Part shown: positions 11,532-20,054 of the stretch, in pieces
How the letters are laid out: each line of letters begins with the position of its first letter
Position numbering within the stretch: the first letter of the stretch is position 1
NCBI GenBank assembly: GCA_022821685.1
Contig: JAJEDD010000041.1
Span: 41,486-105,485 of the forward strand
Direction of reading: 5' to 3'
Origin: Acidimicrobiia bacterium
GTDB taxonomy: Bacteria > Actinomycetota > Acidimicrobiia > Acidimicrobiales > Aldehydirespiratoraceae
Length of the DNA stretch: 64,000 nucleotides
Made by a program: the position numbers and the translations under genes
Notes under the pieces: model-generated
Databases searched by the model: none
What the model was told of the DNA's origin: nothing
The model's input: only the letters and a program-made list of their open reading frames with translations

Positions 11532-12251
11532 GTGAACACTGGCCAGCCCCGAGCCCTCGTGATTGCCCATGAGCCCCTGGGAGGAGGCGCGCTGGTGCAC
11601 ACGCTTCTCGCCGAGCGGGGCTACGACGTGCACGAGCATCAGGTCACCGCCGACTTCGACCGCCCCAACGACGCCGCGGCCTTCCCCGACCTGGCCGGCT
11701 ATGACGTGGTGGTGCCGATGGGCTCGGTCCGCTCGCTCACAGCCACCGACGAGATCGACAGCTGGATCTTCGAGGAGATCGACATTGTGCGCGCTGCCCA
11801 TGAGCGCGGCACTCCGATTCTCGGAATCTGCTTCGGCGCCCAACTGCTGGCCACCGCCCTCGGCGGGTCGGTGGAGCGCGCTCCGGTGACCGAGATCGGC
11901 TGGTACGAGATCTTCGAGCACGACGGATCAGTCAACCCGGTGGGGCCGGGGCCGTGGTTCCAATGGCACCACGACCGCTTCAAGGTGGCTGCGGATGCGC
12001 AGGTGCTGGCCGTCAACGACAACGCGGTACAGCTGTTCCGCAGTGAGCGCAGCGTGGGAACCCAGTTCCATCCCGAGGTGACCTACGAGCACCTGGAGGG
12101 GTTCCTGGCTGGAGCGAGCGAAGACTACGTCAACGAACACGGCATCGACCCGGCTCGACTCCTCGCGCAGATGCGCAGCAACGAGGAACGCAACGCCCGA
12201 CAGTGCGCCGCCCTAGTGGACTGGTTCCTCGACGAGGTGGCCGGCTCCTAG
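11532..12251 (+). CDS. Class I glutamine amidotransferase-like protein (GATase1)
   Basis: Nucleophile elbow GICFGAQLLA and the FHPE motif (GTQFHPEV). Confidence 0.8.
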   Translation: MNTGQPRALVIAHEPLGGGALVHTLLAERGYDVHEHQVTADFDRPNDAAAFPDLAGYDVVVPMGSVRSLTATDEIDSWIFEEIDIVRAAHERGTPILGICFGAQLLATALGGSVERAPVTEIGWYEIFEHDGSVNPVGPGPWFQWHHDRFKVAADAQVLAVNDNAVQLFRSERSVGTQFHPEVTYEHLEGFLAGASEDYVNEHGIDPARLLAQMRSNEERNARQCAALVDWFLDEVAGS

Positions 12252-12297
12252 AGCGAGCCGCCACAGATGCAAGCCCGTCGAGTCGCCGCGGCGTTCA
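12250..12297 (+). repeat. Partial copy (left about 45 bp) of the MITE-like repeat
   Basis: tagagcgagccgccacagatgcaagcccgtcgagtcgccgcggcg aligns with tagagcgagcgcggataggcacgagcccgtcgcgtcgcagcggtg at 56136. It lies between two convergent stop codons. Confidence 0.5.
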
Positions 12298-13653
12298 GTG
12301 GTAGGGCAGGTACTGCTTGAGCTCCCACTGCGTCAGGGGCTCGGTGCCATCGATGGCGTCCCAGTCGTCCACAGCCTCGTCGCCCGCCTCGGCGATGTAG
12401 CGGTCCCACTCGGCCCGCTTGTTGAACACGAAGTTGGCGCACAGCTCTGAGCCGACGGCCTCGCACAGGGCCTCGTCGGCCTCCATGTCGTCGAGGGCCG
12501 CGCTCAGGCTGTGGGCGCAATGGACGTCGGTGTCGACCTCCTCGAAGCCGTCGCCGGTCAGGGGCTCGGGGCACTCCAGCCCGCCCACGAAGCCGAGGCG
12601 GGCCGCCTGCAGCACGGTGGCCACCAGGGTGTGGAGGTTGGCCGCACCGTCGCCGATGCGGCTCTCGATGCGCATATGGGCTCCGGCGCCCCGTGGCACG
12701 CGGTTGCCGACGCAGCGGTGCTCCACCCCCCAGTTGGCCCAGTACCCGTTCAGATCGCCCGGGCGCAGGCGCCGGTAGGCGTTCACGGTGGGCGCGGCCA
12801 GCGCAGTCATGCCCCGGTGGTGATGCAGGAGCCCTCCCATGCAACCTCGGGCCAGATCAGACATGCCCGCCGCGCCGGCCTCGTCGGACATGGCGTTGTT
12901 GCCCTCGGCGTCGGCCAGCGAGAGGTTGACGTGCACGCCGGTGCCGGAGACGCCACCGAACGGCTTGCCTAAGAAAGTCAGATCCAGATCCAGGGGACGG
13001 CCGGAGGCGTCGGTGGAGGTCAGCACCGTCTCGCGGGCCAGCAGGCGGAACAGGAAGGCATTGTCGACGGCCCACATGGCGTCGCCGTATTCGAGGGTGA
13101 GCTCGAACTGGCCCTCGTCGAACTCGGCGTTGACCGACTCCACCGCGATGCCCGACGCCTCCGCCCGGCGCACCAGCTTGGTGATCACACCGTGAGGATC
13201 GGAGCCGACCCCGGTGCCGTACACCATGGAGCGCGGCGTCTCGTAGGGGCGGGGATCATCGAGGCCGCCGCTGAACACGTAGGCCTCCAGCTCTATGCCG
13301 ACCTTGGGGGTGTAGCCGAGGGCCTCCCAGTCGGCCACCGCCCGGCGCAGTGCCTCGCGGGGCGACACCGGCAGCGCCTCGCCGTGCATCCGCAGATCTC
13401 CGATGACCACGCCGGTGGATTCGTCGTCCCAGCCCTGCTGCACGGTGTCGGGGTCGAAGCTGACCTGGGTGTCGGGCAGCCCTTCCAGCAGGTAGGCGCC
13501 GGGCGCGGGCAGGAGGCTGCGGTCATAGCCCAGCGCGAACACGCACACGCAGTGGCCGGTGCCCCGATGGGCCAGCCGGGCCGGCAGGTACTTGCCGCGG
13601 GCCAGCCCCAGGTGATCGGGCCACAGCACCCGTATCCGGTCCCAGTCGCTCAT
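12295..13653 (-). CDS. Glutamine synthetase-family gamma-glutamyl-amine synthetase (PuuA/GlnA3-like)
   Basis: GS catalytic-domain motifs (GVGSDPHG; NAEFDEGQFE; GTGVHVNLSL; NRVPRG..RIESR). The start is set at the ATG at 13653 (MSDWDRIRVLWPD...). Confidence 0.85.
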   Translation of the reverse strand: MSDWDRIRVLWPDHLGLARGKYLPARLAHRGTGHCVCVFALGYDRSLLPAPGAYLLEGLPDTQVSFDPDTVQQGWDDESTGVVIGDLRMHGEALPVSPREALRRAVADWEALGYTPKVGIELEAYVFSGGLDDPRPYETPRSMVYGTGVGSDPHGVITKLVRRAEASGIAVESVNAEFDEGQFELTLEYGDAMWAVDNAFLFRLLARETVLTSTDASGRPLDLDLTFLGKPFGGVSGTGVHVNLSLADAEGNNAMSDEAGAAGMSDLARGCMGGLLHHHRGMTALAAPTVNAYRRLRPGDLNGYWANWGVEHRCVGNRVPRGAGAHMRIESRIGDGAANLHTLVATVLQAARLGFVGGLECPEPLTGDGFEEVDTDVHCAHSLSAALDDMEADEALCEAVGSELCANFVFNKRAEWDRYIAEAGDEAVDDWDAIDGTEPLTQWELKQYLPYH

Positions 13654-13689
13654 GGCAGCTCCCGCGGTGAACGTTCGGCCCCGAAAGGT

Positions 13690-13806
13690 AGCCCGCGCCG
13701 AGCCCGCAATCACACCGGCACGACAGGCCGAGCTGATCTCCGCTCGTTGGCTGCGCTCACCGGCCGCTCGGGCCAAGGTCTCGCAGACTCGCTCAGACTA
13801 GGCCGG
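13690..13806 (+). repeat. Diverged copy of the MITE-like intergenic repeat
   Basis: tctccgctcgttggctgcgctcaccggccgctcgggccaaggtctcg...actcgctcagactaggccgg aligns with the repeat core. The boundaries are approximate. Confidence 0.5.
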
Positions 13807-15018
13807 GGCTTCGTCCTGGTCGGGGTAGAGCCCGGTGCGGCCCAGGCGCTCCAGGCACACCTCTACGCTCCAGGGCAGCATGGCGGCCCCGCAGCGAGCG
13901 TCGCGGTAGGCCTGCTCCAGGTAGGAGGGCCGCAGCATGCTGCGTCCGCCGCACACCCGCAGCGCCAGCGACGCCACCGCGGGGGCGCCCTCCATCACCG
14001 TGACCACCGACGACCACGCCCGCCTCACCTGATCGGGGCTCGGATCGACGCCGCACTCGGCCAGCACCCGGTGGGTGAGCGCCTGGGCCCGGTCGTAGGT
14101 CAGGTTCATCTGGGCCCAGCCCTGCTGCTTGATGGGATGGTCCCGACGGGCGCCTCCGTCTCGCAGGTAGGCAGCGGTGGCGTCGAGAACGCCCCGCATG
14201 AGACCGAGATAGGCGAACGACAGCGTCATGTAGAAGTAGGGCCAGCGGATGGCGGCCTGATCGAAGGCGCCGGGCGGCAGCCACTCGTTGCCCTCGGGCA
14301 CGGCCGCCTCGTCGAGCACCAGCGTGCGGGAGTCGGTGCCCCGCATCCCCAGCGGATCCCATCGCCCCTCGATGGTGGCGCCGGGCGCGTCGGCGGGCAC
14401 GCCCATGAAGCGGATCCGGTCGTCGCCGGGCACCAGGCAGACCACGTTGTGGATGTGCGCCGCGCCCGACAGCGAGGCGAAGATCTTGCGGCCCGTCACC
14501 CGGTAGCCGCCGACGGCGGGAACGGCCCGGGTGGAGTAGCCCGCGGTGGCGCCCGCCGCCGCGCCCTCCGAGAAGGGCTGGCTGTGGATGGCGCCGTCGC
14601 GGACGATGCCTCGCCGCAGCTCGGCCCGGCGCTCGGCCAGCAGCGTCCGCTCGGCTGCGTCGAGGTCGAGGTCGTCGGCGATCTGGCCCACGAGGAGGGT
14701 GGTGGCGGTATGCATGTTGAAGGTCAGCGCGGTGGTGGCACAGTGCCGTCCCAGCTCCTCGGCCACGAGGGCGTAGGCCACGAAGTCGCCGCCGAGGCCC
14801 CCGTCGGCGACGGGGATGCACAGGCCGAGCAGGCCGGCTTCGCGTAACTCGACCCAATTCTGGGTGGGAAACGCAGCGTCGCGGTCGTGGGCCTCGGCCC
14901 GAGCCGCGAAGCCGGGACCCAGCGCCGCCATACGCTCCACCAGCTCGAGCCGCTGCGGCGTGTAGATGGGCGCGGTCACGGCCTGCGAGCCTAACGGTGG
15001 CTCTCCGGGCCGTGGCAT
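13798..15018 (-). CDS. Acyl-CoA dehydrogenase family protein
   Basis: ACAD-like N-terminal, middle and C-terminal regions (..FPTQNWVELREAGLLGL..; GYRVTGRKIFAS). The start is set at the ATG at 15018. Confidence 0.75.
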   Translation of the reverse strand: MPRPGEPPLGSQAVTAPIYTPQRLELVERMAALGPGFAARAEAHDRDAAFPTQNWVELREAGLLGLCIPVADGGLGGDFVAYALVAEELGRHCATTALTFNMHTATTLLVGQIADDLDLDAAERTLLAERRAELRRGIVRDGAIHSQPFSEGAAAGATAGYSTRAVPAVGGYRVTGRKIFASLSGAAHIHNVVCLVPGDDRIRFMGVPADAPGATIEGRWDPLGMRGTDSRTLVLDEAAVPEGNEWLPPGAFDQAAIRWPYFYMTLSFAYLGLMRGVLDATAAYLRDGGARRDHPIKQQGWAQMNLTYDRAQALTHRVLAECGVDPSPDQVRRAWSSVVTVMEGAPAVASLALRVCGGRSMLRPSYLEQAYRDARCGAAMLPWSVEVCLERLGRTGLYPDQDEAPA

Positions 15019-15178
15019 GGTGCTCCCGGCCAGCGGGTCCCCAGCTTGGCGCTCTGGCCGGCGGGTCCTGTCACGGGCGCGCCCAGGCGGCACGAGCGCC
15101 GCCATTGCTTGCCCCCGTGCCAACCCCCGGCCTCACCGGTCGCCCCCCGGCCCTGTCCAGAGCGATTCAGGTCGCTTG

Positions 15179-15315
15179 AGAGCGAGCGAAAATAGGTGAG
15201 AGCTGGTCGCGTCGCAGGGGGGTCATTCCCGCTCATGTTCGCTGCGCTCACGGGCCGCTCGGGCCACGGCCTCGCCCGTATGGGCCGGACTCGCTCACCT
15301 ATTCGCTCGGCCTCT
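15179..15315 (+). mobile_element. MITE-like TIR-bounded intergenic repeat, full copy
   Basis: The left end is agagcgagcgaaaataggtgag. The right end ctcacctattcgctcggcctct is its imperfect reverse complement. The element is 137 bp. Confidence 0.8.
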
Positions 15316-16284
15316 GAGGAAAGCGCGTGTCAGATGATTGACAGCATCGGCAGCCTCTGAGACAGCTAGATGGCCTATGCCGTCTAGGACTACGAGTTCC
15401 GCGTTCTTCAGCCCGTCGACAAGGATGCGGGCGTAGGCCACGGGGGTCTCTGCATCCAGCTCTCCGGCGATCACCAGGGCGGGAGCCTCGATCTCGGCCA
15501 AGCGGTCAACGACGTTGTGGTCAGGCAGACACTCGACCGCGGCCCGCAGGCCCGCGGTCGGGATGCGGGCGAAGCCGGCCGCCCGCATGGCCAGCATGTC
15601 GGCACTGAGGCCGGGGCCAGCGATTGAAGTGAGGACACCCTCGGCGATGTCGGCCGGCGTCAGGCCCGCGTCCAGGGGCGCCAGCCGGGCGGCTCGCCAG
15701 GCGTCGGGGTCGGTGCCGTCGAGCCCGAACGCTGCGCTGGTGTTGGCCAGCACCAGCCGGTCGACCCGATCGGGGTGACGCAGGGCGGCGTGCAGAGCGT
15801 GCATGCCGCCGAACGACTCCCCCACCAGATGGGCCCGCTCCACCCCGGCCGCGTCGAGCAGCCGGGCCACCGCATCGGCGATGGCGGCGAGGGTCAAGGG
15901 CGTCACCGGTGCCGAGGCGCCGTAACCGGGCATGTCCCATGCGATGCATCGGAACGTGCCGCTCAAGCCTTCAAGCTGCGGCGCCCATGAGGTGCGCGAG
16001 CCTCCGAGGCCGTGAAGGAACACCACCGCGTCACCCTGACCCTGCTCGCGCCAAGCCAGAGGCCCGTCCACATCGACGGCGGCGCCTTGGCCCTGACCCC
16101 CACCGGCCAAGGGCCCGTTCACATCCACAGCATCGCCTTGACCCTGCTTGCCACCGGCCTGCGGGCGGTCCGCATCAACGGCGACGTGGGCCCGGCGGTC
16201 CATGTCGGTGTCACGCTCGGGCTGTCGGCCCCTGCGGCTGTTGGACATGCTCGGAACGTACACTCTCGGCTGTGGCGACGGCAC
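15295..16284 (-). CDS. Alpha/beta hydrolase with a triplicated N-terminal segment
   Basis: VVFLHGLGGS oxyanion region and nucleophile elbow GESFGG. The true start is uncertain (16284, 16248 or 16203). The C-terminal ..RGRANR* is read from the repeat TIR. Confidence 0.8.
   Translation of the reverse strand: MPSPQPRVYVPSMSNSRRGRQPERDTDMDRRAHVAVDADRPQAGGKQGQGDAVDVNGPLAGGGQGQGAAVDVDGPLAWREQGQGDAVVFLHGLGGSRTSWAPQLEGLSGTFRCIAWDMPGYGASAPVTPLTLAAIADAVARLLDAAGVERAHLVGESFGGMHALHAALRHPDRVDRLVLANTSAAFGLDGTDPDAWRAARLAPLDAGLTPADIAEGVLTSIAGPGLSADMLAMRAAGFARIPTAGLRAAVECLPDHNVVDRLAEIEAPALVIAGELDAETPVAYARILVDGLKNAELVVLDGIGHLAVSEAADAVNHLTRAFLRGRANR
16027..16179 (-). repeat. Tandem repeat, 3 x 51 bp, in frame in the 5' part of the hydrolase gene
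   Basis: The units are 16129-16179, 16078-16128 and 16027-16077. They encode VDADRPQAGGKQGQGDA, VDVNGPLAGGGQGQGAA and VDVDGPLAWREQGQGDA. Confidence 0.85.
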
Positions 16285-16976
16285 CGCTGATCGGCATCTC
16301 GGGGAGAACCCGCACCGCAGGCGAGATCGACCTGAAGCCCCGCTCGCTTCAAGCCTGCGATGTGGACCTGTACTTCTGCGACTACGCCCGCGCGGTGCTG
16401 GCGGCGGGCGGACTGCCGGTGTACCTGCCCACCAGCGCCGACCCGGCCGACTACGCCGAGCGTTTGGACGGGCTGGTGCTCACCGGCGGCGCCGACATCG
16501 AGCCCCAGCGCTACGGGCAGGTGGCCAATGCCGAGCTGTACACCCCGGAGCCGGCCCGCGACGCCTTCGAGATGGCCCTGTTGGACGGAGCGGCCCGATC
16601 GGGAGCGCCGGTGCTGGGCATCTGCCGGGGCATCCAGGTGTTCAACGTCCACGGCGGCGGAACCCTCCACCAACACGTCGCCGCCCACGCCGGCTTCGAC
16701 CGGCCCAGCACCCGCCTCCACAGTGTCAAACTCGCCGAGGGCTCGCTGGCCGAGTCGTTGTACGGGCCGTCGATTGAGGTCAATTCGCTGCACCACCAGA
16801 CCATCGACCAACTCGCCGACGGCTACGAGATCACCGGCCGCAGCGACGACGGCGCCATAGAGGCCATCGAAGCCCACGACCGGCCCTGGATCGGCCTCCA
16901 GTGGCACCCCGAGCTGCTCGACTCCCGAGACACCGACCCCGCCTTCACCTGGCTAGTAGCGGCCTCCCGTCCCTAA
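16272..16976 (+). CDS. Gamma-glutamyl-gamma-aminobutyrate hydrolase family protein (PuuD-like, peptidase C26)
   Basis: GGADIEP, the nucleophile in GICRGIQV, and WHPE (LQWHPE). The GTG at 16272 (VATAPLIGISG) is preferred. The upstream part of the track ORF is antisense to the hydrolase repeat. Confidence 0.8.
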   Translation: MATAPLIGISGRTRTAGEIDLKPRSLQACDVDLYFCDYARAVLAAGGLPVYLPTSADPADYAERLDGLVLTGGADIEPQRYGQVANAELYTPEPARDAFEMALLDGAARSGAPVLGICRGIQVFNVHGGGTLHQHVAAHAGFDRPSTRLHSVKLAEGSLAESLYGPSIEVNSLHHQTIDQLADGYEITGRSDDGAIEAIEAHDRPWIGLQWHPELLDSRDTDPAFTWLVAASRP

Positions 16977-17007
16977 CCACACCCCAACTCGGTTCAGCGA
17001 GGAGAGC

Positions 17008-20000
17008 ATGAACGCCGTCACTTCCCGCCAACAGATACGGGATCTGATTTCGGCCCGGGAGTTGGGCGAGCTGTTCCGGGGGCACCTGGGATGGGACAAT
17101 CCCCGCCAAGAACCGCTGCCTTTCGGCTCAGACTCGTCGATGGCGGCTCATCCGGTGGCTTCAAAGAAGGCGGTGGATGTATGGCGTGTGCCGTGTCCGA
17201 CTGTTCCGGCCGCTGTGGAGCGACACAAGATCATCCGCCGGATTCGCAGGCTCTACAGCTTGGAAACGCTGGTCGTCTTTGATGGCGATGATGGCGACAT
17301 GCTGTGGCTTTGGCCGGAGCAACGCCCAGCGGGGGACAGCTACCGGGCGGTTGGCCATCGATGCGATCGAGACGCTGTCGGAGAAGAGATGCTTGATCGG
17401 TTGGCGGGTGTGGCCTTCACGCTCGACGAGGAGGACGACCTCGCGGTGTCCGATGTGTTGTCGCGGGTGCGGCAATCGCTCGGGGTGGACATCGCGGATC
17501 TGGACAGAGAAGTCGAGAGGGCAGTTCTAGATATCGCGGTGCCCCTGTCAGGCGATGCGGGCTGCTCGGCGAAGATCGGCGAGGTCTTGTCCCAGGAGGG
17601 TGGCGAACAGTCCAACCGGATGGCCGCGGCGATCATGTTCAACGCTGTCGTGTTCCAACATCACATCGCTTCTCATCATCCGGGCATTGTGCGCTCCCTT
17701 GAAGAGGTCCGCTCCGCCGGTGCTACCAGGGCTCTTGTCGCCGCTGAGTGGGACGCTATCCTCGCCATCAACTACTGGCCGATCTTCGGGATCGCCCGGA
17801 AGTTGCTCAACGCGATCGGCGACGATGATGTCGCCGCTGCGGTGTTGGGAGACTTGTACGGGAGTGCTTCTGACAAGGTCGCCCATCGGGCTACGCAGGG
17901 TCTGGTGGGGGAGCTCTTCGGGCGGCTCATAGTCGACCGGAAGTTCCTGGCCACCTACTACACGCGTCCGCAGTCGGCTTCGTTCCTGGCTGAGATGGCC
18001 GTGAACCGCCTTGATGTGGACTGGGCCGATCCCGAAGCGGTGACATCGCTGCGCGTGGCGGATTTGGCTTGCGGCACGGGAGCGCTGCTAACAGCCTCGT
18101 ACCGCCGCATTGCAGCCCGCCACGAAGACGCAGGCGGCGATCCCGCCGAGCTGCACCAGAAGATGATGGAGGAAGTCCTCACCGGATGCGACATCATGCC
18201 CGCGGCCGTGCATCTGACCGCTTCGGTGCTGTCGGGCGAGCACACCCATATCGGGTACAAGGGCACCAAGACCTGGGTCATGCCTTTCGGCGTGCATAAT
18301 TTCGGCGCCGGTCCGCAGACCTGTCTTGGTTCGCTGGACTTGCTGTATAGCGGTCAACGGCGGGCACTGTTCGGTGACGGCTCGACCGCGGTCGAGGCGA
18401 AGGACACGGCGGTCCCCAGCGAAGCCAAGGTCCCCGACGGGAAGTTCGACTTGGTGATCATGAACCCGCCCTTCACGCGGCCCACCAACCATGAGAACAA
18501 GCAGCGCGGCCTGGAGGAAGGGGTGGTTGTGCCGAACCCGGCGTTCGCCGGCCTGGACAACGACGAAGTCGCCCAGGAGCTGATGAGCTACGCCCTAGAA
18601 GAGGCCTACGACGCGGGAGGGATCAAGCCCGCAGACCGGGCTGGCCACGGCAACGCCGGACTCCCCACGAACTTCGTGGACCTCGCCCACCGTAAGCTCC
18701 GAGCCGGTGGTGTGCTGGCCCTGATCGTCCCCGCTGCAGCCGTCACCGGAAGAAGCTGGGAGAAGACCAGACAGCTGCTCGTCAAGCACTACGAGGACAT
18801 CGCGGTCGTCACCATGGCGTCAGCGGAGAGCAGCACTGCCCGCGCTTTCTCCAACGACACCAACATGGCAGAAGCGATCATCGTCGCCACGAGACGGAAG
18901 CAGTCCGCAACGCTCACCGAAACCAAGGAATGTCTTGCCCGGTACATTTGCCTGCGGAGCCGGCCGGCGACCAACCCTGAGGGTGTCGACATAGCCCGCG
19001 CAGCATCGCCCGGCGGGGACTTCGACAAACCCGGCGGGTCGCACGCCGGCTTCGCTGTTCCGGTTCTGTTCACGGCCGACGGCGGCGGGCATCCCTCCGG
19101 TGTCATGAGCGCCGAGCTGTGCGGCATCGCCGCGAACCTCACTGTTGGGCATCTGCGCCTTCCCGGCCTGGCGGACTTGATCGATGTCCCGACGGTTCCG
19201 CTCCGAGACCTCGGCTCCCGAGGGCCCGTGGATCGCGACATCAACGAAGGCGGCGGCCGAGGCCCCTATGAGGTGACACCCCCTGAGCGGCGGTGGTCCG
19301 AAGACACTCTTTGGAAGGACAAGGAGCAGGTGCGGCAGTCGCACGTGGACTCCGAGCGGCCGGTGCTATGGAGCCACGACGCGGACATGGAGACTCGCAT
19401 GGTCGTCCTACCATGCTCGACCGGTGTAGTCCGCCCCGGCATGGACGACCGGGCACAAGAGCTCTGGGACGGTTACACCAACAAGAAGAAGGAGCAGATC
19501 GCTGGCGCCACCCGCCTACACATCAACCGCGACTTCCGAGTGAATTCCCAGCCGCTCGGTGCGTGCCTGACCCCCGAAGCTGCGCTGGGTGGATCAGCGT
19601 GGCCCTCCTTCGCGCCTACCCCCCCCCCCGGCTGGAATGGGCGACCGCGAGACGTGGGAGAAAGCGCTGTGCGTGTGGCTGAACTCCACACTCGGCTTGG
19701 TGGGACGGTGGTGGGTGTCATCGCGGCAGCAAAACGGCAGAGCAAGATTGAGCGTCACCACCATCGGGAGCGTTCCGGCTCTGGACTTGCGCAGCGCCAC
19801 TCCGGCGATGATCCGCGCCGCTGCGGCCATATACGACCAATTCGAACACCGGCAGTTCCTCCCCGCCAACGAGGCCTACCGAGACCCGGCGCGCCACGAC
19901 CTGGATGAGACGCTAGCGAAGCGGGTGCTGCACCTGCCAAGAGAGGCGCTTGCCGGACTGGCCCGACTGCGCGACATGTGGTGCCGCGAGCCGTCGGTGC

Positions 20001-20035
20001 ACGGCAACAAGAAGACCCGCCCAGACGGTTCCTGA
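17008..20035 (+). pseudogene. Large (about 1008 aa if restored) N6-adenine DNA methyltransferase, split by a +1 frameshift in a C11 tract (phase-variable or sequencing-error candidate)
   Basis: Motif I VADLACGTGALL and motif IV VIMNPPFTR. The frame starting at 17008 reads ..AWPSFAPTPPP, then turns Arg-rich and stops at 19908. The frame of ORF 19589..20035 continues with plausible sequence (AGMGDRETWEKALCVWLNSTLGLVGRWW...). A good RBS (gaggagag) precedes 17008. Confidence 0.8.
19619..19629 (+). repeat. Homopolymeric poly-C tract (11 nt) inside the methyltransferase gene
   Basis: Counted directly: acc + ccccccccc + g. C10 or C13 would fuse the two reading frames. Confidence 0.95.
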
Positions 20036-20054
20036 CCGACTCGTCACCTGTTGC

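Noticed and set aside
13192-14847. 551-aa plus-strand ORF antisense to the GS-like and ACAD genes
   Set aside because: Shadow ORF with low-complexity composition. The minus-strand genes have GS and ACAD motifs.
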